In this document: in pieces, positions 35,480-43,479 of the stretch
How the letters are laid out: every line of letters begins with the position of its first letter
Position numbering within the stretch: the first letter of the stretch is position 1
Assembly (NCBI GenBank): GCA_017999675.1
Contig: JAGNLL010000002.1
Coordinates: 66,918 to 130,917, forward strand
Length of the DNA: 64,000 bases
From: Rickettsiales bacterium
GTDB lineage: Bacteria > Pseudomonadota > Alphaproteobacteria > Rickettsiales > UBA1997
Direction: 5' to 3'
Position numbers and translations under genes: made by a program
Notes under the pieces: model-generated
Told to the model about the DNA's origin: nothing
The model's database searches: none
What the model saw: only the letters and a program-made list of their open reading frames with translations

Positions 35480-36060
35480 TGAAACCAGCATCCCCAGCAC
35501 AAACCAACGAAACACTAATTGCTGTTTTAGAGGTTCATTTTGAGCGAACTAAAAAAAACATTAGTGCCTTGGTGCGCAGTTGGAGTCGTGACCGCACTGA
35601 CCTAGCGCAATACGAAAATGTAATTTGTCACATTTTTTGCGCCATTAACCAGCCCAGAGAAGATTTTGTTCGTTTTTTAAATGAGCAGTTTGCAGAAGAA
35701 GAGTCGCCAAGTGAGGGCCTCAAAAAATCGCACCACGTTTTGAATGTGCTTTCGCAGCATTCTACCGGCAACGTTAACGAAGAAGGCGACATTCTTTTTC
35801 AACATTGCAGACAGGTTTCAAGCCTTGCTACACCTGATTTGCAGCAAGAAATTGCCGGCTATTTAAAAACTAATTCTAACCAATTTTTGCGTGAAGAATA
35901 TTTAGAAATGTACCAACAGGTAAAAAAAGATTTGGCGGCAGATGGCCACCTTTTTGCAATTGACGTGGCGAATGATCTTGAAGTGCCAAGCTCGTCAGTT
36001 AGGGCTAGCTCGCCTGTGGCAAAACTTTCTTCAGAAGAAAAGCAAAGCGAAATTGGTTAA
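35479..36060 (+). CDS. hypothetical 193-aa protein, translationally coupled to the upstream ORF
   Basis: Its ATG overlaps the upstream stop (TAATG). No recognisable motif. Confidence 0.5.
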   Translation: MKPASPAQTNETLIAVLEVHFERTKKNISALVRSWSRDRTDLAQYENVICHIFCAINQPREDFVRFLNEQFAEEESPSEGLKKSHHVLNVLSQHSTGNVNEEGDILFQHCRQVSSLATPDLQQEIAGYLKTNSNQFLREEYLEMYQQVKKDLAADGHLFAIDVANDLEVPSSSVRASSPVAKLSSEEKQSEIG

Positions 36061-36424
36061 ACTTTCGTTTAAAATGACACATTTGGCGCCTTGCTGCGCG
36101 CGTTTGTAGCAATTTTCTTAATTTTTAGGTGAGTCAAATTTTCAATGCGCTTTCGCAAATTTGACTAACTAAAAATTAACAAAAAATGAAGGCTCCAATC
36201 GCTGCAAATTTAACGGGTTTTACGGTAGAATCGTTGGAAGAATATTTTTCAAGTTTTGAGGGCTGCAACACCTCAAGCCGCAAAACAGGTGGCCTGCTGC
36301 CAGATTCTAATCTTGAGGGAATGACCGCCCCCGCCCCCGGCAGAAAACCAAAAGTCAAATCACCAGAAGCCAGCACCTTTGTTTGGGTGCAAGGCGAGTC
36401 AAAAACTAAGTAATTACAATGTAT

Positions 36425-37021
36425 TTACAGCCTAAAAGGCGACACCACAATTTTTCCAATGGTGATTACCGCGTCTAAGCCCACCGCAATTGGAGTGATT
36501 GCAACCTTGCCAACGTCTTTCACCACGTTTGAGTCGTGGTAGTAAATGGTAATTGTGTGTGAGGTGCTGGTGCGCGACAAGTTTGGGCTTAAATATTTTG
36601 CGGCGTAGCGGCGTCCGGTTAGTTCCATTTTTATTACTAAAGTGTCTTTGCGGTTTGGCGAAAAACCCATTCTAAGTAACATTTTGGCGTCTTCGCGATC
36701 CAAGATGCTAAAGGGTCCGTCCATTACCAAGGTGCCGGCCACGTCGTTATTTGGCTGAAGTTTTAAATGACTTTTTGCTGGGTTGATTGTCAAAACGCCC
36801 TGCTGTTTTAGTGACAAAATGGTTTTTAAAACGCCAGAATTGTCGGAAAAAACGTAGTGGTATTCATCCCCCAACATTGCCACGTAGCGACCGTCTGAGC
36901 CTACGAAAAACTGGTTGATTTGCTCTTGGTAGCTTTTGTCGCCCCAAATGTAGGTGGTTAAGCAAGAATTGGCCAAAAGCAAAATTGCACAGAGGCTAAA
37001 AATTTTTAAAAATTTGCTCAT
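36425..37021 (-). CDS. putative lipoprotein
   Basis: 198 aa. It has a signal peptide with a lipobox (LLLANSC). No other recognisable motif. Confidence 0.55.
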   Translation of the reverse strand: MSKFLKIFSLCAILLLANSCLTTYIWGDKSYQEQINQFFVGSDGRYVAMLGDEYHYVFSDNSGVLKTILSLKQQGVLTINPAKSHLKLQPNNDVAGTLVMDGPFSILDREDAKMLLRMGFSPNRKDTLVIKMELTGRRYAAKYLSPNLSRTSTSHTITIYYHDSNVVKDVGKVAITPIAVGLDAVITIGKIVVSPFRL

Positions 37022-37050
37022 TTTCGTTTTTTAAAGTTGTTGGTCTTCAT

Positions 37051-37144
37051 TAGGTCCCCGAGCAAAGCGTAGCGTCGTCGAGGGGCCCGAAGAAAGTACC
37101 AGCTTCGGGCCCCTCGACGACGCTACGCTTTGCTCGGGGACCTA
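37051..37144. repeat. Family B long palindromic element, copy B2 (94 bp)
   Basis: taggtccccgagcaaagcgtagcgtcgtcgaggggcccgaag (42 nt) is mirrored perfectly, with a 10-nt centre. It lies between the lipoprotein start and the pstS-like stop. Confidence 0.9.
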
Positions 37145-37152
37145 AAACTTAT

Positions 37153-38217
37153 TTAAAGTTGGCTTAAAATATTTTTTCTAACTTCGTCAAGCTCGGCGTC
37201 GCTTAGTGCGATTAAGCCGCTACGCACCAAGTAGCCTTTGGGGCCGATTGTTTCTGGGTTAATTATTTCAGAAATAAATTGGCGCATTTGCGGCGTTGAA
37301 TTGAGGTTTTCTTTTTTGAAGTAAACAAAAAGTGGGCGCGAGAGCGAGTATTTTTTTGAAGCAATGCTAGTGGCATTGGGGCTTACACCTTCAATACTTA
37401 CGGCTTGAATTGTTTTTTTATTTTCGCTTAAAAAATTGAAACCAAAAATGCCAAAAGCGTCAGAATTTGCTTTGAGGTGCTCAATGATTAAGCGGTCATT
37501 TTCGCCCGACTCAATGAAATGCTCGTCGCTGCGCAAGGTGTGGCACTGTTTTTTGCGGGCGGAAAATTCTGGAAATTCGGTGACGAATTCTTTTTTGCCC
37601 AAGCAAATTTCTTCTAAAACAATGTCAGCAAAAACGTCGCGAGTGCCTGAAGACGCTGGTGGTCCGTAAACTAAAATTTTTGTGTTTGGTAATTTTGGGT
37701 CAATTTCTCTCCAAGTTTGGTAAAAATTTGGCACTAATTTTTTGGTTTTTTTGTCGGCAACTTTTTCGGCCAAAGCCAAGAAAAGTTGTTCTTTGGTTAG
37801 TTTAATTTTTTTGCCGCCAGCTACGTTGCCAAAGACAATGCCGTCGTAGCCAATTTTAATTTCGACAATTTGTTTGACGTCGTTTTGTGAGCAGGTTTCC
37901 ATTTCAGAATCAGAAATTGCGCGCGAGGCGTTGACAAGGTCTGGAAATTTTTCACCAACGCCGCCGCAAAACATTTTAAAGCCGCTGCCAGTGCCGGTTG
38001 ATTCAACAACTGGCGTGATTGTGGCAATGTTTTTTGAATTTTGTTCGCGGCTAAATTCTTCAGAAATTGCGGTTAAAAAAGGTGAGATTGTTGAAGAGCC
38101 AACAACTTGAATGTGGTTGCGTCCCTTTGGCAAACACACTTGCCAGTTAAAAGCGTGAGCGGCGCAAAGTGGAAAAATTGCGGCAAATAAAACCGTGCTA
38201 AAAAATCTGCGAGACAT
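37153..38217 (-). CDS. phosphate ABC transporter substrate-binding protein (PstS family)
   Basis: 354 aa with a signal peptide. PBP-like blocks are present: IQVVGSSTISPF, ESTGTGSGFKMF and GPPASSGTRD. Confidence 0.72.
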   Translation of the reverse strand: MSRRFFSTVLFAAIFPLCAAHAFNWQVCLPKGRNHIQVVGSSTISPFLTAISEEFSREQNSKNIATITPVVESTGTGSGFKMFCGGVGEKFPDLVNASRAISDSEMETCSQNDVKQIVEIKIGYDGIVFGNVAGGKKIKLTKEQLFLALAEKVADKKTKKLVPNFYQTWREIDPKLPNTKILVYGPPASSGTRDVFADIVLEEICLGKKEFVTEFPEFSARKKQCHTLRSDEHFIESGENDRLIIEHLKANSDAFGIFGFNFLSENKKTIQAVSIEGVSPNATSIASKKYSLSRPLFVYFKKENLNSTPQMRQFISEIINPETIGPKGYLVRSGLIALSDAELDEVRKNILSQL

Positions 38218-38262
38218 AAATTTTTAAAGTGTAAGTGAGGTTAATAATTTTAACAAAACTAG

Positions 38263-38850
38263 ATGCCAAAAAACCTAACGAAAGAACAATTTTACCAAAA
38301 TAAAATCAGCTGGAAAAAATCTTTTCTCGACAATTTTTCGCAAGACGAAAATGGCGACGCGGTGCCGTGGATGACGTATCCGGCGATTGAGTTTTTAAAA
38401 AATACAATCACCAAAAATCACGAAATTTTTGAATTTGGATGTGGTGCCTCAACTTTGTTTTTTGCGCGCAATGCCAAAAAAGTTGTGGGTTTAGAAACCA
38501 ACGAAGTTTGGCTAAAAATTGTGCAAAATTTTTTGCAGCGCGAGGGGTTAGAAAATGCCAAAATTAATTTAATGGCGGATGGTTTGACTAACGCCAACTA
38601 CGAAAATTTTGCCAAAAATTCGGGCCAAAAATTTGATTTAATTGTGATTGATTCGCTGAAGAGATTTGACTGTGCCAAAAATGTGATTGAGGCGCTAAAA
38701 CCCCAAGGGATGGTGATCCTAGACGATTCAGAAAGAAAAAATTACGCAAAAATTTTCAAGTTTTTTGCTGACGCCAAATTTAAACAGCGCGATTTTTTTG
38801 GCATTGCGCCAGGTCAGTTGCGGGTGAAGAATACGACAGTATTTTTTTAA
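38263..38850 (+). CDS. class I SAM-dependent methyltransferase-like protein
   Basis: 195 aa. It has a motif I-like segment EIFEFGCGASTLFFA, an acidic residue after beta-2 (VVGLETN), and DLIVIDS...MVILDDS. Confidence 0.5.
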   Translation: MPKNLTKEQFYQNKISWKKSFLDNFSQDENGDAVPWMTYPAIEFLKNTITKNHEIFEFGCGASTLFFARNAKKVVGLETNEVWLKIVQNFLQREGLENAKINLMADGLTNANYENFAKNSGQKFDLIVIDSLKRFDCAKNVIEALKPQGMVILDDSERKNYAKIFKFFADAKFKQRDFFGIAPGQLRVKNTTVFF

Positions 38851-41108
38851 GTTAGTTGGTTAGTTTTTGTCTTGGTAAATGGTGTTACTTCTGTGGCACT
38901 GATTGTTTTTCTTGGCACAAAAACTGGTGCTGCGGCTCTTAAGTCAGAATCAATTTTCTCATCCCTTAAAAGATCTTCAATGCCACTAATGATGTGTTGT
39001 GGAGCCTCATCAATGAGATCAATGCTAATCTCGTCGGTTGCGATTTCTTCTACTGTCTGAGCCGCTGCGATGTTTGCTACAACAACAGCTACTGCTTCAG
39101 ATTTTGTCTTACCTTTTTTCTTTCCTGTTGTTTTCGGTGGAGTTGTGTCCTGATCCAGAGCGCTAATGATCCCTTTAAATTCTGCCTTGTCGCTTTTTGA
39201 AAAACTTTTTTTAGCTTCGGTGATTTTTTTTAATTCAGTTAGAAGAGTGGTTCTTTCAGTAGATTCTTTGATTTGAACAATTGCTTTTGGCTCTTCTGCA
39301 ATGCTGCGCAAAATTCCTTTTTTACCAAAGTTAATTGCGGCTTTTAGGCCGTCAGCAATGGTGCCGAAGGTTAGATCTGTGTTTTTCAGCGCGCTATTTA
39401 CCATTCCCGGTCCGCTAGGATTAGAAGAAGCCAGTGCTAAAACAGAAGTGCCAGTTCCGCCAGCTTCGCTGAAAGTGTTGGATCCAAGGGAAATTAATTG
39501 TTCAAAATCTTCCACAACGTCGCCAAATCTTGCGGCGAAATGTAGCGGTGTCCAACCGTCGAGCGAAATAGTGTTGATTTTAAAATCAGGAATTTTGGCT
39601 AATTCTTCGATTGCAGTGCGCATCTTTTTTACATCATTTTTTTGAGCTAGTGCGTTGGTCACTTTGCTAGCTCCACTGGCAAAAGGTTTGAGAGATGCTA
39701 GTGCGTCATTTAGGTCGCGAGTTAACTCTTCTGGTGACTTACTGGTGTTTTTTGGAGCTTTGGGTTGTCGTGCTCTGCAATCATCAAGTAGCTCTTGAAT
39801 TACGGCTTCGTCGCGATTTTCTGTAATCGTTCTGGTTAGATTTCTTGCCTCAAAACTTACTCCCTTCGCAGATTCTTGGTGAAAATAATCTAGCAATTGG
39901 TTGCGACAAAAAACGTGCTCTGGCGAGCTTGGGTCGCTAATAATTCTTCTTTCTGCTTCGTTAAATTCAGCGGCGTCACTTTCGGCGGTGAGAAGAGTTT
40001 TTAATTTTGAAACTAGATTTGGAATTAACTCGAGGGCTGCCACATCTAAAGGCGCAGAGCGTGTGCTGCGGTTGAAATTTTTAATGAATGATTTTCTAAC
40101 TTCTCCCTCAGGAAGGCTGGCGTAAACAAGCTTGGCGGTTGCTTTGGCGAGTTTTTCGACAATGGTTGGATTGCTCAAGCGCTCAATCATTAACTGCCAA
40201 GCAGCCTCGTTATTTTTTTGCAACAGAGTTTGCGCCACAATGGCGTTGCACAGATTTTTTTGATTAGTTTCTGCAGCAATTGTAAGGGCCGTGTCGCCAA
40301 CTTTATTAACCAAGTTAAAATTGGCGCGTCCACTTCCAATCATTGCCAGAGCTATCTCTTCACGGCTTCGTAGAATTCCGTACATTAAAGCCGTGTCACC
40401 ATTTTTGGTTTGCTGATTAATGTCTTCTCCTTGGGCGAGAAATTTTAAAGTGGAGGCCAAGTCATCTTCATCAATTGCAAACATTAGCACCGTCACACCG
40501 TCTTCATTTTGCAGGGCGGTGTTGGCGCCCATTTCTAAAAGTTTCGAGATGAGTTGTTGATTAGCTTTGTGGTAAGCAAACATCAGCGCAGTTTCTCCGG
40601 TGTAATATTGTTTGTTAACCTGGGCTCCGCTTTCTAACAAATACAAGGCAATGTCGTTGCGCCCTTTTTCAATCGAGAGCATTAGTGGCGTGGTTCTATC
40701 ATTGTCGCCTTGATCAATGTTGGCGCCGCGCCGATGTAGCTCGGTCACAAGATTTAGTGAGCCAGCCTCAACCGCTACTATTAAAGGCGTGCGACCAAAT
40801 TTATCTTGGTGGTGAATGCTGGCTTTGGCTTTCATTAAATCGAGGGCAATGTCTTCTTGACCTGCTTCAATAGCGTGCATCAAAGCTGTGTAGCCTTCTT
40901 TGTCTTGTAGTTCTAAGTTTGCTTTGTGCGCGATTAGTTTTGCAACGCAATTTCTGTGGCCAGCGCTGGCTGTGATCATCAGTAAGCTGCGCCCCTGAAC
41001 ATTTACTGTGTTGGGAGAAATTCCTTGGCCCAAGAGTGTTTTCAAATACTCCACAGATCCGACATTTGCGGCAATCAGGATCGGCATTTCTAATTCAGAT
41101 TTTGACAT
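38847..41108 (-). CDS. ankyrin-repeat protein (753 aa)
   Basis: About 9 tandem ANK repeats lie in aa 1-300 (G.T.L..A...G.......L...GA....Q pattern repeated). A further ANK pair lies near aa 510-560 (DGWTPLHFAARFGD). The C-terminal third is unrecognised, with a Lys-rich patch. Confidence 0.85.
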   Translation of the reverse strand: MSKSELEMPILIAANVGSVEYLKTLLGQGISPNTVNVQGRSLLMITASAGHRNCVAKLIAHKANLELQDKEGYTALMHAIEAGQEDIALDLMKAKASIHHQDKFGRTPLIVAVEAGSLNLVTELHRRGANIDQGDNDRTTPLMLSIEKGRNDIALYLLESGAQVNKQYYTGETALMFAYHKANQQLISKLLEMGANTALQNEDGVTVLMFAIDEDDLASTLKFLAQGEDINQQTKNGDTALMYGILRSREEIALAMIGSGRANFNLVNKVGDTALTIAAETNQKNLCNAIVAQTLLQKNNEAAWQLMIERLSNPTIVEKLAKATAKLVYASLPEGEVRKSFIKNFNRSTRSAPLDVAALELIPNLVSKLKTLLTAESDAAEFNEAERRIISDPSSPEHVFCRNQLLDYFHQESAKGVSFEARNLTRTITENRDEAVIQELLDDCRARQPKAPKNTSKSPEELTRDLNDALASLKPFASGASKVTNALAQKNDVKKMRTAIEELAKIPDFKINTISLDGWTPLHFAARFGDVVEDFEQLISLGSNTFSEAGGTGTSVLALASSNPSGPGMVNSALKNTDLTFGTIADGLKAAINFGKKGILRSIAEEPKAIVQIKESTERTTLLTELKKITEAKKSFSKSDKAEFKGIISALDQDTTPPKTTGKKKGKTKSEAVAVVVANIAAAQTVEEIATDEISIDLIDEAPQHIISGIEDLLRDEKIDSDLRAAAPVFVPRKTISATEVTPFTKTKTNQLT

Positions 41109-41166
41109 GAATTTGAGGTGTTTGGAGTTTTTGTAAGTGAGGACAATTTCTTAACTGCTACTGGGG

Positions 41167-42282
41167 TTAAACCACCACCAAATTGTCAATGTGCACCAAT
41201 TCTGGTTTGGCGGATTTTCCTAAAATTTTTTTCACATCTGCTGATTTTTTTTCCAAAACTTTTTTTACATCTGCGGCGTCGTAATTGCTGAGGCCACTTG
41301 CAACGTGATTGCCTTTTTCATCAAGAATAAAAATTGCCTCACCCTTCTTAAAATCACCTTTCACACCAACGGCGCCAATTGGCAAAAGGCTGATTTTTTT
41401 ATTTTGCAAAGCTTCAACGGCGCAAGTGTTTACAACCACCGAGCCCTTGGCATTTAAAAAACCTGAAAGCCAATTTTTGCGCGATTTTGTAGATTTTTCG
41501 TCACTTAAAAAAACTGTGAAATTTTGTTTTCCGTCAGCAAATTTTTTGAGTGCATTGTCAGAAAGTCCGTTGGTAATCACGCTGCTGCATTTGGTGTGGG
41601 CAAGCATTTTGGCGGCGAGAATTTTGGTAATCATTCCACCGGTTCCAACCAATGAGGTGGCTCCTCCAGCCATGTTTTCAATTTCTTTAGTAATTGCTAA
41701 AACTTGTGGAATTAGTTTGGCGTTTTTGTTGGTTTTTGGGTTTTGGTCGTAAAGGCCGTCAATGTCAGAAAACAAAATCATTACGTCGGCGTCGATCATT
41801 TGAGCTACGCGGGCAGCGAGTCGGTCGTTGTCGCCAATTTTTATTTCGTCCACCGCCACCGAATCATTTTCGTTAATGATTGGAATTACGCCATTTTCTA
41901 GCAGCGTTTCAATGGTGTTTTTTGAATTTAAGTAGCGGTCGCGAGCGTTGCAATCAGCGGCTGTAAGAAGAATTTGCGCAACGTGCAAATTTAATTTTTT
42001 AAAAAAATCGCGGTAAAAACTCATTAGCTGAATTTGCCCAATTGCTGCCGACGCTTGTTTTTCTTCGAGAGAAAGCTTGCGGCTTCCAACCTTTAATACC
42101 GACCTTCCAAGAGCAATTGCGCCAGACGAAACAATGGTAATTTGAAATTTTTTTTCGACCAATTCGGCAACATTTTTGGTGAAATTTTTTAGCCATTTTT
42201 CGCGCAATTCGCCGTTTTCAACTAGCAGCGACGAGCCGATTTTAATCACTAATTTTTTCTTATTTTTAAAATCAAAAATCAC
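41167..42282 (-). CDS. proB: glutamate 5-kinase (with PUA domain)
   Basis: 371 aa. Canonical blocks are present: KLVIKIGSSLL, IVSSGAIA, NENDSVA, GDNDRLAA, LFSDIDGLY and GTGGMITK, followed by a C-terminal PUA-like region. Confidence 0.9.
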   Translation of the reverse strand: MIFDFKNKKKLVIKIGSSLLVENGELREKWLKNFTKNVAELVEKKFQITIVSSGAIALGRSVLKVGSRKLSLEEKQASAAIGQIQLMSFYRDFFKKLNLHVAQILLTAADCNARDRYLNSKNTIETLLENGVIPIINENDSVAVDEIKIGDNDRLAARVAQMIDADVMILFSDIDGLYDQNPKTNKNAKLIPQVLAITKEIENMAGGATSLVGTGGMITKILAAKMLAHTKCSSVITNGLSDNALKKFADGKQNFTVFLSDEKSTKSRKNWLSGFLNAKGSVVVNTCAVEALQNKKISLLPIGAVGVKGDFKKGEAIFILDEKGNHVASGLSNYDAADVKKVLEKKSADVKKILGKSAKPELVHIDNLVVV

Positions 42283-43289
42283 TCTAGGCCCCTTTCAAAT
42301 CGTGCTTGCTCAATTTCTTTGCGGTAAATTTCGTTAACAATTAGCGGCAGCGGAAAAGCCGAAAAAGAGCGCGCGCCCTTTAAAACGTAAATGCCAACCG
42401 AGCGGTTAGATTGCTGCTGCGTGCCGTCTTTGGTGAGAATGTCGGGAAAGTCTTCGCCAATTGAGCGAAACTCAACGGCGTCTTCGGGCACGCCGTTTTT
42501 AACTAAATAATTTTTCACAACTTCGGCGCGATTTAGCGCTAAATTTTGGTTGGCAATTTCAGGCCCAACGCGGTCGGCATTGCCCACAACCAAAATGCGG
42601 TATTCGCCGTTTAGCGTGATTAAATATTTGATTATTTTGATTAGGTCTTTGTTGCCTTGGTCGTTTAATTTGTAGAGGCCAAAATCGAAAAGCACTTCGA
42701 AGCGCTCAAATTGTGGCTCGGTGATTGCGGTTGGCAGCTGTTTGTCTTTTTTTGAAGCGTCAATGTAATGCTCAATTTCGTCGAGAAGTTTACTAAATCT
42801 CACGCGACAGCCCGCTAACTCGTCGGCGCGAAACACCGCTTTTGACTCGCGGCTAATCCAGCAATCGTAAAGAAAGGTGAGGTGTGCGGTTTGAATTGGC
42901 AGGTAAAAACTAATGTGTGGCTCGTCAAGAACGCCTTCGAGACGTTTTTGCATTAAAACCATTTCTTCAATTTGCGACGGGTCAGCCTGCCAAGTAATTG
43001 GATTTTCGGGCACGAGGTAGTCGTTATTTGCTGCGGCGACACCCTTTTTCATGAAGTAGTCGGAGTTTTTTTCATCGCCAATTGAAAATAAACTTCTGGC
43101 GAAAGTTAGGTATTCAAGTGCGAGGTAAGAATTGTAGCCACCGCGGGTTCTTAGGCTGTTTTCAAGCGCCATTAATTGGCGGGCGATTTGAGATTTTGGG
43201 GTGGTTTTGTCTTTTGGTGTTGGCGCTACGCAGGTGGTGGCGGTTAGAAAGATTAGGGCGAGGAGGGAGGATTTTTTGAAGAAATTCAT
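42279..43289 (-). CDS. OmpA-family lipoprotein
   Basis: 336 aa with a lipobox LTATTC. It has a C-terminal OmpA-like domain (ILVVGNADRVGPEIANQNLALNRAEVVKNYLVKNGVP). Its stop overlaps the proB start by 4 nt. Confidence 0.7.
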   Translation of the reverse strand: MNFFKKSSLLALIFLTATTCVAPTPKDKTTPKSQIARQLMALENSLRTRGGYNSYLALEYLTFARSLFSIGDEKNSDYFMKKGVAAANNDYLVPENPITWQADPSQIEEMVLMQKRLEGVLDEPHISFYLPIQTAHLTFLYDCWISRESKAVFRADELAGCRVRFSKLLDEIEHYIDASKKDKQLPTAITEPQFERFEVLFDFGLYKLNDQGNKDLIKIIKYLITLNGEYRILVVGNADRVGPEIANQNLALNRAEVVKNYLVKNGVPEDAVEFRSIGEDFPDILTKDGTQQQSNRSVGIYVLKGARSFSAFPLPLIVNEIYRKEIEQARFERGLE

Positions 43290-43344
43290 TTAGAAGAAAA
43301 ATTGAAAAAACTTTGGTGGAAGAATTTACGAAATCGATTTCTGA

Positions 43345-43477
43345 GAATAACCACCCCAACCCCTCCTTCAAAAGGAGGGGCTTAGTACGATTTTCTTTAG
43401 GATGATGTGCTAAAAACAAACTCGGTGGAAAGCCCCTCCTTTTGAAGGAGGGGTTGGGGTGGTTATTCGCGCACTCG
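43345..43477. repeat. Family A nested palindromic element, copy A1
   Basis: gaataaccaccccaacccctccttcaaaaggagggg ... cccctccttttgaaggaggggttggggtggttattcgcgcactcg. The centre is enlarged (~50 nt). It lies between the OmpA-like start and the rho stop. Confidence 0.9.
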
Positions 43478-43479
43478 TA

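Noticed and set aside
36061-36424. A 365-bp gap with overlapping small ORFs on both strands (36186-36413 plus, 36176-36376 minus), a locally GC-rich patch (ccgcccccgcccccgg) and a 10-bp inverted repeat (agtcaaattt/aaatttgact, 36132-36167). I considered a small protein, SRP RNA, tmRNA or RNase P RNA.
   Set aside because: I could not find a convincing RBS or any protein motif. None of the conserved RNA signatures I checked by eye are present: the SRP domain IV GGAA/AGCA loops, a tRNA-like T-arm for tmRNA, or the RNase P GAGGAAAGUCC block. It remains unassigned; an Rfam scan would settle it.
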